A DNA stretch of 64,000 nt from a virus (IMGVR_UViG_3300024581_003789:59665-123664), one strand, 5' to 3'. Positions 9,896-19,977 are shown, counted from the first letter of the stretch. Numbers and translations are program-made. The notes: a model not told the origin generated them from the sequence alone.

Positions 9896-10501
9896 ATGTC
9901 TAGCGATCAACTTCAAGTACTAAGAGACTGGACTCCAATCCAACTTTCTAAAGAGATGATTAAAGAGTCAAGAGAACGATACGACGGAAAGATCATGCTT
10001 TCTGGTATTATTCAAAGAGCTGATACATTAAATCAAAACGGAAGAGTTTACCCAAGAGCTATTTTAGAAAGAGAAATCATGAATTATCAAAAGTTAATTC
10101 AAGAAAATAGAGCACTAGGAGAATGTGATCACCCAGATTCTTCTGTCATTGAACTTAAAAATGCATCGCATATTGTACGAGAAGCCTACATGAAGGGTAA
10201 TGATGTGTACGGCAGAATTGAGATATTAAATACACCCAGTGGTCAAATCATTCAATCTCTCATTGAAAGTGGTGTAACACTAGGTATCAGCTCTCGAGGT
10301 GTCGGATCAACCGTTTCCAAAGGCGGAAATCAATATGTGCAAGAAGACTTTCAATTAATTTGTTTTGATATGGTATCTGAGCCCAGCACTCCAGGTGCTT
10401 TTATGTTGAAAGAACACAAACTTTTAAGAAAAGATTTAGACAAATTTTTTAACCAATCAGATAAAATTGATAGAATGTTTAATGAAATCTTGAGGTGGTA
10501 A
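9896..10501 (+). CDS. gp21: Prohead core protease (T4 gp21-like)
   Basis: NQNGRVYP, LGECDHP (catalytic His), GISSRGVGS (catalytic Ser), FDMVSEPSTPGAF. Confidence 0.93.
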   Translation: MSSDQLQVLRDWTPIQLSKEMIKESRERYDGKIMLSGIIQRADTLNQNGRVYPRAILEREIMNYQKLIQENRALGECDHPDSSVIELKNASHIVREAYMKGNDVYGRIEILNTPSGQIIQSLIESGVTLGISSRGVGSTVSKGGNQYVQEDFQLICFDMVSEPSTPGAFMLKEHKLLRKDLDKFFNQSDKIDRMFNEILRW

Positions 10502-11040
10502 TGAGTAAATCAAAAAACAAACACGCATTTAAGAGTTTAGTCAAAGAATGTTTAATTGAAATATTAGCAGAAGGACTTGTTGGAAATAGTCAGGCAACTT
10601 TAAGTGAAGTAAGAGAATTTAAAGGTGCCATGTATGAGTCTGAGGAAAGACGTAATCGATTCCAAGAACAACGTTCCATTAATGCAACAACATCAACAAT
10701 GACTTCAACACCAAAGCCTAGATCAAATTCATACTTAGATAGAATTACTAGTGCAGTTGACAATGCAGGGATGAATAAAAGTAGTATTAACGAAAGCGAA
10801 TCAATCAAAAAGAAAGTTTCTAGCTTGACTGATGATCCTATTATGGCAGATATTTTTGCTGATACTGCAATGACTACTCTTAGAGAACAAAAAGAAGGTG
10901 TAGGATCAACTCCTTCAGTAGCCCGTCAAGGTGATCAAGCAGCAAAAGTCGTAGATAGCTCTCTTCCAGAAGATCTTTTTGGCGGTGCATCAGCAAAATG
11001 GGCAGACTTGGCATTTGCCGCTCCAGCTAGAAAAAGTTAG
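10501..11040 (+). CDS. Hypothetical, probable head-associated protein
   Basis: GAGGT RBS; N-terminal FKSLVKECLIEILAE helix; position in head module. Confidence 0.65.
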   Translation: MSKSKNKHAFKSLVKECLIEILAEGLVGNSQATLSEVREFKGAMYESEERRNRFQEQRSINATTSTMTSTPKPRSNSYLDRITSAVDNAGMNKSSINESESIKKKVSSLTDDPIMADIFADTAMTTLREQKEGVGSTPSVARQGDQAAKVVDSSLPEDLFGGASAKWADLAFAAPARKS

Positions 11041-11103
11041 TAAAATTTAGTTTTTGATAATATTTATCTTAGAAGACACGCAATCAAAAACAAGGAGGGT
11101 CTT

Positions 11104-11346
11104 GTGAGAAACATTAAAAAACTTACACCTGAAGTGATTAAGCAAATTATTGCTGAAGAACGAGTCAAGGTTAATAAATTTTTAGCAAAAAAGCGACTGC
11201 AAGAAAATAAAAAATTGCTAAACAAACTTAAGCTGCTTAAAAAACTTAACAATACACAGGCAAATTCTATCAATGAATCAAAAGTTATTGATTCAATGAA
11301 AACAAAGCTTATTAAAAGCATTAAAAACGATAACAAGAGAAAGTAA
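11104..11346 (+). CDS. Small basic hypothetical, probable head-associated protein
   Basis: GGAGG RBS + GTG; KLTPEVIKQIIAEE; stop overlaps next start. Confidence 0.65.
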   Translation: MRNIKKLTPEVIKQIIAEERVKVNKFLAKKRLQENKKLLNKLKLLKKLNNTQANSINESKVIDSMKTKLIKSIKNDNKRK

Positions 11347-11858
11347 TGCCTGATCAAAGACAAACAATAGTTAATACAGAAGTACCTAGCAACAAGCCTA
11401 AAGGTGCAAGAAACGATGAAAGAGTAAGGGCTGCTTTTCCTGATTCACCTATTTATACGGGTGAAATGACTGACGAAGAAAGAAAAAAGCTTTTTGAAAA
11501 ACTTGTTATGACAGGTGTAGTTCTTAACGGAATTGGAATTAGTTACTTTGATAGAGACTTCAAGGGTAACGATAAAAATCCTGTACCTAATCTTTCTGAG
11601 GTTGAAACTGGTGGTGGCGGACTTCCTGCTTCTCCCTATGTTCCAAACTTAGCGTCACCCGGACCAGGAAGTGTTAATGCTGCTGATCAACCTGAATTTG
11701 CAGGAGAATTACCAAACCCAGATCTTAATGTTGAATTTGGTTCAGGAATGGGCGGATTGGTATCACCTCATGAGACGTCTCCAAAAATTGCTAGTCAAAC
11801 AACTTTAAAGTCATACATTTCAGGCAGATCTTATCAAGGTTCAGATGGGAAAGCGTAG
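11346..11858 (+). CDS. Hypothetical Pro/Gly-rich head-module protein
   Basis: Translationally coupled ORF in the head cluster. Confidence 0.7.
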   Translation: MPDQRQTIVNTEVPSNKPKGARNDERVRAAFPDSPIYTGEMTDEERKKLFEKLVMTGVVLNGIGISYFDRDFKGNDKNPVPNLSEVETGGGGLPASPYVPNLASPGPGSVNAADQPEFAGELPNPDLNVEFGSGMGGLVSPHETSPKIASQTTLKSYISGRSYQGSDGKA

Positions 11859-12429
11859 CAATCTATACGAAATATATTTCGGCCCCGCTGATTCAAAGCT
11901 AGGACAAGGTTACGGTCAACTTAAAAACGGACCGCTAGGAAGTGAGTATTCGCTGGGTGGTTATTACGGCATATATGACGAACCAGACCCTTATGACGTT
12001 GAAGACTTGGAAGGGGAGGATGTCGATATAACATCAAAAATCGATGGTAATATTCCTTTTGTCGACATGGGGGATAAAGCAAATCGTTTAAGTAATTTTT
12101 CTGGTGGTTTAACAAATTTAGCAGAATATGGCGACCACACAAACACAGTTGTACAAGGAATCACTCCGAACTTAACTTATAGAGGTTCTAAAGGGCAAAA
12201 GTTAACCAAGACTTCTATGTCATCCTCAACGTTTCCTAAACTATATACTCGCCCTAGAGTTGATATGACAGCAACTCAATTTGGTACAAGTAGAGCTCAG
12301 CTTCCTAGGCATTACGAAGAAGACAGTAATATATGGTCGTTAGATGATATGCTTGATCAACACGAACAATCATTGCACAAACATCAAAAAAATATAAATA
12401 GAATTAAAAGTACAATTAACAACATTTAA
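11845..12429 (+). CDS. Hypothetical head-module protein
   Basis: 194-aa ORF overlapping the previous stop; precedes scaffold. Confidence 0.65.
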   Translation: MGKRSNLYEIYFGPADSKLGQGYGQLKNGPLGSEYSLGGYYGIYDEPDPYDVEDLEGEDVDITSKIDGNIPFVDMGDKANRLSNFSGGLTNLAEYGDHTNTVVQGITPNLTYRGSKGQKLTKTSMSSSTFPKLYTRPRVDMTATQFGTSRAQLPRHYEEDSNIWSLDDMLDQHEQSLHKHQKNINRIKSTINNI

Positions 12430-12493
12430 TGTACATTTTTTTTGATATTTAAAAACTGTAGTAATAATTAAATCCATACGAGGAATACAAAAA

Positions 12494-13960
12494 ATGAGTA
12501 AATTATTCGAAGAAGCAATTGCAGATGCCAAAATGCTTAAAGAAGTTGCCGAGGAAAATGCCAAAAAAGCTATCCTTGAATCAGTAACACCTCAAATTCG
12601 AGAGTTTATTGAGCAGCAATTACTTGAAGGTGATGAAACAGAAGAAGCTGACGATGCATCAGAGGAAAGTGAAGATAAAGATAAAGAAGGGTCTGAAGAA
12701 AACGAAGAAGATCTTAATGAAGAAGTTTATCTTGATGAAAGCGCCTTGGCTTCCTTGGTTAATTTAATTGGTGAGGAAAATTTAGATTCTCTAAATGAGT
12801 CTAAGTCAAAAGAGGCACTTTTTAGTGCTGTAAAAGGTGCAGTTTCTTCAATGACACACGATCAAAGAAATAAACTGCTAAATTTATCGCACAAACTTGA
12901 TGAAAGTGCTAATAATTTATCTAGCAAAAGAGGAGAAGCAATGTCTAGAAAATACTATGAAGTTGACCTTAGAGCATTAAGGGAAGCTGTTGAAGAAGAA
13001 GAAGAAAAGAACGAAACTCAAGAGTTGGAAGAGCTTTATGAAGAGTTCTCATCACTTCTTGAACAAGACGAAGACGAGGAAGGCGATGAGCTACCTCCAT
13101 TAGAAGACATGGAAATGGACATGCCAGAAGAAGAGCCTGAGGCTGCTGAAGGCGGTGAAATGCTATCTGATGACGAAGTTAGAGAAGCAATCCTTAACAT
13201 GGCAGATGAACTTGGTATTTCTTTAAATGAAGAAGAACCAGCTATGGGCGGCATGGAAGACATGGATTTAGATATGGAAATGCCTCCTATGGGTGACGAA
13301 GAAGGCGACGAAGAAGATCAAGAACAACTTGATGAAGTTTTCAACGTTGACCCTCGAGTACTTCGACAAGAAATTAATAGAATTAAGCGTTTAGTACGCG
13401 AAGGCAAAATGGATCATCACTTTGGTGGCAAAGGCGAAAGCAAAGCTGGTGTTGATGGTGCATTTGGCGGAAAAGGTAAAGGAAAGGCCGGCGTTAAAGG
13501 TGCTTTCGGTGGTGGAAGTGAAGGAAAAGATGTTTTCGTAAATCCCCCACAACTTAACAAACTTAACGAGGCAATTCGTCAACTGAGACGTCAAAATCGA
13601 GCTCAGTCAGAGAAACTGAATAAATACAGAGGAGCTGTTAATTCTCTTCGTGAACAGTTGGAAGATCTCAATTTATTTAATGCTAAGCTTTTGTATGTAA
13701 ACAAATTGTTGCAAAACAAAAGCCTTAATGAGAGTCAGAAAAAATCTGTAATCAAGGCTTTAGATGAAGCACAATCTTTACAAGAAGCAAAATCTTTGTA
13801 TTCTTCATTAACCGAAACGTTCAGACGTAGCGATGACAAAAAGACACTTTCAGAATCAAAAGTTTTAGGAAGCTCTTCACGTCCAACTACATCTGCTCAG
13901 TCAACCGCAACGTCTTCTAACAATGAGTTAAGTAGATGGCAACGTTTGGCCGGTATCTAA
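12494..13960 (+). CDS. Prohead scaffolding/core protein (gp22-like role)
   Basis: Very acidic, coiled-coil, many L-x-E sites; immediately upstream of MCP; GAGGA RBS. Confidence 0.8.
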   Translation: MSKLFEEAIADAKMLKEVAEENAKKAILESVTPQIREFIEQQLLEGDETEEADDASEESEDKDKEGSEENEEDLNEEVYLDESALASLVNLIGEENLDSLNESKSKEALFSAVKGAVSSMTHDQRNKLLNLSHKLDESANNLSSKRGEAMSRKYYEVDLRALREAVEEEEEKNETQELEELYEEFSSLLEQDEDEEGDELPPLEDMEMDMPEEEPEAAEGGEMLSDDEVREAILNMADELGISLNEEEPAMGGMEDMDLDMEMPPMGDEEGDEEDQEQLDEVFNVDPRVLRQEINRIKRLVREGKMDHHFGGKGESKAGVDGAFGGKGKGKAGVKGAFGGGSEGKDVFVNPPQLNKLNEAIRQLRRQNRAQSEKLNKYRGAVNSLREQLEDLNLFNAKLLYVNKLLQNKSLNESQKKSVIKALDEAQSLQEAKSLYSSLTETFRRSDDKKTLSESKVLGSSSRPTTSAQSTATSSNNELSRWQRLAGI

Positions 13961-14001
13961 AAAATAAATAAGACTTTTCAAATCACTTATAGGAGAAAAA
14001 A

Positions 14002-15918
14002 ATGAGTCGTACATTTAGTTTAAATCAATTAACAGAAGGTATTCGTGATCGTCATGTCGGTCAAGAAGCTTCTCGTATTCAAGAAAAATGGACCCGCACT
14101 GGACTTTTGCGTGGTCTTACTGAGCACAGCCGTGAAAACATGGCACGCTTGTTGGAAAACCAAGCTGCTCAAGTTTTGCGTGAGTCTAACAACTTAGGTG
14201 GTAATAACATCGAAGGTTTCTCTAACATCGCATTCCCAATTGTTCGTCGTGTATTCGGTGGATTGGTTGCTAACGAATTGGTTTCTATCCAACCAATGTC
14301 TTTGCCATCTGGTCTTTTGTTTTACTTAGACTACACTTACGGATCTGACGTTGGTGGTGATGCTGGCCCAGGTAGTAATGCAACTAACTTGGAAAACACT
14401 TACGGATCAACTTACGCTGCAGGTCAATCTATTTATAACAATCCAACTGGACGTGATATCCGTACTGGATCAACTGCAACTGGTGGTCAATACGATTTGG
14501 TAGGAACATCATACTCACAAATTCACGAAACATCAGTAGATCTTTCTGGTTTGGTTCTTATGTCTGGTTCTTTTGGATCTGGAGATGCTCAGTCTTTAAA
14601 AGATGGTGTTGCAATTGGTTCTGGCGTTGGTCACGAAGCTGAAGGTGCTAACGGTAAATTGCTCCAATTTGACCCACAAGTTTCTACAGCGGTAGAAAGT
14701 GGTGACAAATTTACAGCAATTATTTTTGATGCTGACAGCACTAAATTTGCTAATATGGACACAACTGCTGCTAAGGCATTTGCTTTGGTTTCTGCCAATA
14801 CTTCTCATGCAGGTTTGGATATCCCTGGTCCTACTTACCAATCAGGTGATAACGTTTACAACGTTCGTCGTTTGACTCAGTTAGGTACTTTTGCTTCAGG
14901 TAAATTTACTCCTAACCCATTCGTAACCGTTGGTACAAACTCTGGAAACAACGCTGCTTTGATGGTTTTGGTAAAAGGTGAGATCACCTCAGGTGTTGAC
15001 GGAACAGCATTGGCACTTAACTTGACCGGTTCATTTGTAAAAGATGATAGAGTTTCACAACCTGCTGATTCTGCAGAAGGAACAACTTTGGTAATTCCTT
15101 CATTCGAGTCTGACTTTGACGTAACTCCAGAGCCAGTAATTCCTGAAATCGATATCAAGATCGAATCAATCGCAGTTACTGCAACAACTCGTAAGTTGAG
15201 AGCACGTTGGTCTCCAGAATTGGCACAAGACTTGAACGCTTACCACTCAATGGACGCTGAAGTTGAATTGACTCAAATTCTTTCTGAACAAATTGCACTG
15301 GAAATCGATCGTGAAATCTTGAACGATCTTTTGGTACAAGCACAAGGTGCAAACTTCTATTGGGATCGTCGTCCTGGTCGTTTTGTTAACAAGCGTACTG
15401 GTAATGATCAAACTAACAGTGGTCAGAATACATCTCCAGTATTTACTGGTACAGTACGTGAGTGGTACGAAACTTTGGTTGAAACCATCATCGACGTTGC
15501 TAACGAAATTCACAGAAAGACACTTCGTGGTTCAGCGAACTTCATCGTTGTTTCTCCAGAAGTTGCTACTATCTTCGAATCTTCAGTATTGTACAAGCCT
15601 TCTATCAAAATTGATGGTCAAGGTCAAGCTACTATCGCTGGTATCGGCGCTGAAGCAATCGGTTCATTGTCTAATCGTTTCACAGTTTACAAAGATCCTT
15701 ACTTCCCACGTAACAAGATCTTGGTAGGTTACAAAGGTGGTTCTTACTTAGAGTCTGGATACGTCTATGCTCCATACGTTCCATTGATCGTAACTCCAAC
15801 AATCTTCGCTCCAGAAGACTTCACACCACGTAAAGGGGTAATGACCCGTTACGGTAAGAAAATGGTTCGTGCAGACTTCTACGGAACTGTTACCTGTTTA
15901 GGTATGGATGTAATCTAA
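14002..15918 (+). CDS. gp23: Major capsid protein (T4 gp23-like) with large insertion
   Basis: VSIQPMSLPSGLLFYL, RKLRARWSPELAQDL, LSEQIALEIDREI, YAPYVPL, TRYG; AGGAG RBS; strongly biased codon usage. Confidence 0.95.
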   Translation: MSRTFSLNQLTEGIRDRHVGQEASRIQEKWTRTGLLRGLTEHSRENMARLLENQAAQVLRESNNLGGNNIEGFSNIAFPIVRRVFGGLVANELVSIQPMSLPSGLLFYLDYTYGSDVGGDAGPGSNATNLENTYGSTYAAGQSIYNNPTGRDIRTGSTATGGQYDLVGTSYSQIHETSVDLSGLVLMSGSFGSGDAQSLKDGVAIGSGVGHEAEGANGKLLQFDPQVSTAVESGDKFTAIIFDADSTKFANMDTTAAKAFALVSANTSHAGLDIPGPTYQSGDNVYNVRRLTQLGTFASGKFTPNPFVTVGTNSGNNAALMVLVKGEITSGVDGTALALNLTGSFVKDDRVSQPADSAEGTTLVIPSFESDFDVTPEPVIPEIDIKIESIAVTATTRKLRARWSPELAQDLNAYHSMDAEVELTQILSEQIALEIDREILNDLLVQAQGANFYWDRRPGRFVNKRTGNDQTNSGQNTSPVFTGTVREWYETLVETIIDVANEIHRKTLRGSANFIVVSPEVATIFESSVLYKPSIKIDGQGQATIAGIGAEAIGSLSNRFTVYKDPYFPRNKILVGYKGGSYLESGYVYAPYVPLIVTPTIFAPEDFTPRKGVMTRYGKKMVRADFYGTVTCLGMDVI

Positions 15919-15942
15919 TCTAAATAGATAATATCTCTAAAG

Positions 15943-15971
15943 AGGCGTCTTCTTCGGGAGGCGCCTTTTTT
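15943..15971 (+). terminator. Rho-independent terminator after MCP with C(UUCG)G tetraloop
   Basis: AGGCGTCTTC-TTCG-GGAGGCGCCT stem-loop followed by a T run. Confidence 0.9.
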
Positions 15972-15972
15972 A

Positions 15973-16000
15973 TTTACAAATAGTTTGACTTAAGTAATAT
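15973..16000 (+). promoter_or_regulatory. Possible sigma70-like promoter
   Basis: TTTACA-N16-TAATAT upstream of ORF 16052. Confidence 0.35.
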
Positions 16001-16051
16001 TAACTGTGCATATCGCACAATTTCACACAACATACACACACAGGAGGAAAT

Positions 16052-16264
16052 ATGAGTGGAAATCCTTATACCCTTAGAGCGGGTTTATTATCACAAGCAC
16101 AAGACATTTTATTAAATCAATATCATCAAGAGTATGAAAAGCTTCGATATCTTTGTGATAGAAACTTAGTAGATGCAACAACAGTGACTTGGCCGGCGAT
16201 GCCAACTACAGAAGACATTATTGCTGAGGCTGATAAATTATACCAGTTTGTACAGACAAAGTAA
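16052..16264 (+). CDS. Small hypothetical phage protein
   Basis: Strong AGGAGG RBS; own terminator downstream. Confidence 0.75.
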   Translation: MSGNPYTLRAGLLSQAQDILLNQYHQEYEKLRYLCDRNLVDATTVTWPAMPTTEDIIAEADKLYQFVQTK

Positions 16265-16294
16265 TCTAGATATAACGACGTTTGTCAGATAATT

Positions 16295-16322
16295 AAGGTT
16301 AGAACAGGTTTCTAACCTTTTT
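16295..16322 (+). terminator. Rho-independent terminator
   Basis: AAGGTTAGAA-CAGGT-TTCTAACCTT followed by TTT. Confidence 0.7.
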
Positions 16323-16341
16323 AGTATAGTTGAGAGAGAAT

Positions 16342-19338
16342 ATGTTATTAACACGCAGATTATTTAGCAAGATTATCTTTGAGGCGATTCTTTTAGAGAT
16401 TAAAAAAGAAGATATTCTTAATGACCAGAAATATCCTTTTATAACTCTTTATTCTGCTGTAATTGATAGAATTAAAAATCAAGGAAAGTACTTAGGATTT
16501 TTAGAAAAAATGCTAGATTCTTATGTCAACAAAGAAGACGGACCGTTTAAAGCGTTTAATGTTATTGCTTACGGTGAAATTATCTTTATGATTCTTATGC
16601 ATGAAAAGTATTCAAAGTCTAAGGGGGTAATTCCAGCTGAGTATTTGGATCCTAATCGAATACCTTCTTATGAAGTCCTGACTAGTATTATTGAAGATAC
16701 AGATGCCAAACATATGTCTGCTAATAACGCATTATATACATCTCTGACAGGGATGGATAAAGAAGCAACAAAAGCAATGAAAGAAGTTGACAATGATTCT
16801 AGTGAAGACGCTGCTGAGGGTGAAAGCGCATTAAAAGATTTGAATCAACAAATGGTTGACCCGGAAGGACTAAAACCCGGATTGATTCTTCATAATATAA
16901 TTCAGGGAGAAGATGGTAAAGAGTGGGCAATTTACAGACCTTATTCAGTTGCTGGAGCTCAAGCTATTGGAGTTGGTTCGTGGTGTACTGTATACGGATC
17001 TGCCTGGAGTACATACGCTGGGCAAGGAATAACGCTATATTACATTGCAAAATGGGATCCAAATAGAGAATATCGAAGTGATTATTATTCTCAGGATGAA
17101 TGCTACAAAAACCCAGAGGTATATAATAACAACCTTTCAATAGGGTTTAGTGGCGATAGACTACAAATTCCAGGATCTGCCGGCGGAAGTTCAGTTTGGG
17201 CTAGCCAGGAAGGTGTCACCTATGAAAATCTAATTCAAAGAATGGGGTCTGGAACAGCAAATGCCGTTGTGGATTATATTAAAGCACATTTTGCTGAAGC
17301 AGGCCCTTCTATGAGTAATGATGAAAGAGGGAATGACAAAGAAGCGGCAGAGCGTATGCGTCAGGAAACAAAAGTCACCAGAGCTCAAGCAAGAAATAAA
17401 AAAGTTTTTGTTGAAAGTTTTGAAAGCATTGGTGATCCTGACAAAAGACTTCTCTTTCTTTTTGAAACATTAGTAAGCCCACACTTAGATTACCCAGTGT
17501 TAGAATATATTATTAAAAGAAACGTGCCCACAGTTCGCGATAGCCGCTTAAGAATGACAGTGATGGGCCAGAAAAATCTAATAACTCCGTCTATTATTGG
17601 TATAATTCAGAGCGATGTGCATTTAAGGTTAGGTCCTGCGCAACAAGATTTAATAAAGCTGATAAGACTACACACTCTTAATGACCCTTACTTATTACTT
17701 CCTTCTTTCCACAACGATAAAAACGACTTAGTGAAAGAAATAGTTCATAGCTGGAGACAGCGAGGAGAATTAAGCCCTAGTTTAAGTTATGCAACTTGGT
17801 ATCCTAGAGAACCGTTTGGAAGCTTACCTCCAGAAGGCCCGAGCACGTATGGTAAGTGGTTTGAAAAAGCTTCTTTTGACAGCTCGATTACTGTAGAAGA
17901 GTGGGCAAAGATCGAATCTTTAATTGATAAAAATGATTTATTGTCATTGTCATTTGGGACAACTGGACATGGAATTGTGGATGAATTTATTGGATATGTT
18001 CTTTATCACTTAGCTAATGTCTTAAAAGATCCAAATTCTCCTGCAAGATCAGGTGCACCTGTAATTTTATCAGCTTTTGAAAGCGGAAAGTATGATGACA
18101 TTATTGAAAAACACTTTGATACAATTGTTCATAGCGGTAGAAGAATTTTACAGAAAAGATTATCCGAATTCTTAAAAGCTTATATATTATTTCCAGATAA
18201 TCGCAATGAAAAGCAAAATGACTTTTTGCAAAGATATATAAATGAATTTACAAACATGTTTATGCGCGAATCATCCTCTAGTGCCTCTCACGGGACCCTG
18301 CATTATAGTAAAGGCTACATGACAAAAGGCAGGTTAGGTAAAGTAATAAGAGCAATAGAGGAAGGAAAACATAATCCGTCAGAAAAAACTAAGACTTTGA
18401 TTGATGAATGGGCAGACCTTAAGAATATGGTGACATCAGCATCTTATTCCTCGTTTATTAGTGAAATAGATTCAATTATTCCCGGATCAAAAGAAAAATT
18501 TGCTCAAATGTCTATTCGAGTAAATGATCTAGAAGACGAAATTGTTGAAAGCTTAGAAGCAGATTACATTGAATGGAATGATAACGGACCAATACCTTAC
18601 GAACGCATATCGAACGCAATATATGCTGACGATCAAGATACAAGAGATACTATTTTAATACAGGCTTTCGATGGCCTAGCTGACCACGAAGATATTAAAA
18701 AAACATGGAACACATCTCTAGAATTTGTGAATGACGATATTGTGAGAAAATTAGGTGGGGATGACGGCGTCATTAAAAAAGCAATATCAACTGTTGAGTC
18801 CGGAATTCAATTTGCACATGAAGCCTTTATGGAGCATTATAGAAATGAAGACGCTGGCTTAAGCGAATATGACATATTGATCAAATCATGTGAACCGTAT
18901 GTTGAAAAAATAAATAGAAGCCTTTATCCTTTTCATAGTAGGGTCGGGTTAAACACAGAAGTAGCGATCATAGAAGAAGAAACCCTGCTAAGAAAAGTTT
19001 GGTTTAGGGCATTTATTGGTGCATCAAATAAAGCAGAAGAAAGAGGTAATTTAGAGTGGGACATTGGCTATGGTGGAATCAAGTTTGCACTTAAGGAAAA
19101 ATTTCGATTGCTAGCTCACAGAGCAAAACAAGAAATGATAACTTACAATGGAAAAACTTACACTGTCAACGATATAGTTGAACTTGCACAAAAAACAGAA
19201 AATATTATTAATGAGGAATGTGCCAAGTCTATTAAGCTTTGCAAAAGTCGAGGATTACCGACAAATCAGGAACAATTTTTAAACGATATCGATATTGTTG
19301 CTTACTTGCAGAGTTTAAGTCAGGAATTAGGTATATAG
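16342..19338 (+). CDS. Large (~1000 aa) hypothetical, probable virion/internal head protein
   Basis: ATG 16342 after GAGAG; N-terminal LTRRLFSKIIFEAILLE; internal GSWCT motif. Confidence 0.75.
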   Translation: MLLTRRLFSKIIFEAILLEIKKEDILNDQKYPFITLYSAVIDRIKNQGKYLGFLEKMLDSYVNKEDGPFKAFNVIAYGEIIFMILMHEKYSKSKGVIPAEYLDPNRIPSYEVLTSIIEDTDAKHMSANNALYTSLTGMDKEATKAMKEVDNDSSEDAAEGESALKDLNQQMVDPEGLKPGLILHNIIQGEDGKEWAIYRPYSVAGAQAIGVGSWCTVYGSAWSTYAGQGITLYYIAKWDPNREYRSDYYSQDECYKNPEVYNNNLSIGFSGDRLQIPGSAGGSSVWASQEGVTYENLIQRMGSGTANAVVDYIKAHFAEAGPSMSNDERGNDKEAAERMRQETKVTRAQARNKKVFVESFESIGDPDKRLLFLFETLVSPHLDYPVLEYIIKRNVPTVRDSRLRMTVMGQKNLITPSIIGIIQSDVHLRLGPAQQDLIKLIRLHTLNDPYLLLPSFHNDKNDLVKEIVHSWRQRGELSPSLSYATWYPREPFGSLPPEGPSTYGKWFEKASFDSSITVEEWAKIESLIDKNDLLSLSFGTTGHGIVDEFIGYVLYHLANVLKDPNSPARSGAPVILSAFESGKYDDIIEKHFDTIVHSGRRILQKRLSEFLKAYILFPDNRNEKQNDFLQRYINEFTNMFMRESSSSASHGTLHYSKGYMTKGRLGKVIRAIEEGKHNPSEKTKTLIDEWADLKNMVTSASYSSFISEIDSIIPGSKEKFAQMSIRVNDLEDEIVESLEADYIEWNDNGPIPYERISNAIYADDQDTRDTILIQAFDGLADHEDIKKTWNTSLEFVNDDIVRKLGGDDGVIKKAISTVESGIQFAHEAFMEHYRNEDAGLSEYDILIKSCEPYVEKINRSLYPFHSRVGLNTEVAIIEEETLLRKVWFRAFIGASNKAEERGNLEWDIGYGGIKFALKEKFRLLAHRAKQEMITYNGKTYTVNDIVELAQKTENIINEECAKSIKLCKSRGLPTNQEQFLNDIDIVAYLQSLSQELGI

Positions 19339-19361
19339 ATTTATTACAAAAGGAGAAAAAT

Positions 19362-19976
19362 ATGCTGTTTTACTTATTCATTGTTTTGTTTGCAGCTGCT
19401 GCACAAACAACAATAATTGTAGAAGACCACTCCAGCTTAGAAGTGTTTGTTACTACCCCTAAGATTAACAATTATTCTAGTGAAACAGAAGGAATCCTAA
19501 GCACCAAGTCTGTATACACTTACAATAGTATTTATTGGCGCGACGGAAAAGTAATCAATGAAAGAGGCACATGGGACAGACTAGGCAAATCTTCTGTTGT
19601 AAAAGTTTATGACAAAGATACTATTACATACGCATATGATAACTGCGATTATAACCTCAGCCCGAAAAAGTGTGCAAACCAAAATAATCATTTTCTCGTA
19701 GAAACTATTATTACGATCGACACACATGAAACAGTTGTTCAAATGTTCTTATTTAATCCTGATATGACATTAGCTAGTGTGTCAACTGTTTCAGATCGAG
19801 GAAAAATAAACTATATCAAACAGCAAGAAACAAGAATTGCAATGACGCAAGGTCGAATTGATGTTCGAGTTATGCCTGAACAAAAACCTTTAAAGTGGGT
19901 AATACCTGCTCACTTGCTTGAAGTTTATGTTCGACAAGCAACGCAAGGTTTATGGCTAGGTGTAAAGATACAGTAG
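19362..19976 (+). CDS. Exported protein with signal peptide
   Basis: AGGAG RBS before ATG 19362; MLFYLFIVLFAAAAQ hydrophobic leader with AxA-like site. Confidence 0.7.
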   Translation: MLFYLFIVLFAAAAQTTIIVEDHSSLEVFVTTPKINNYSSETEGILSTKSVYTYNSIYWRDGKVINERGTWDRLGKSSVVKVYDKDTITYAYDNCDYNLSPKKCANQNNHFLVETIITIDTHETVVQMFLFNPDMTLASVSTVSDRGKINYIKQQETRIAMTQGRIDVRVMPEQKPLKWVIPAHLLEVYVRQATQGLWLGVKIQ

Positions 19977-19977
19977 A

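Noticed and set aside
14340-15120. Intein or intron in MCP (also checked TerL, RecA, helicase, NrdJ)
   Set aside because: No C/S...HN splice junctions, no homing-endonuclease motifs and no frame breaks; sizes are explained otherwise.
19239-19361. N-terminal extension of ORF 19239
   Set aside because: It overlaps the upstream gene; the AGGAG RBS and signal peptide indicate ATG 19362.
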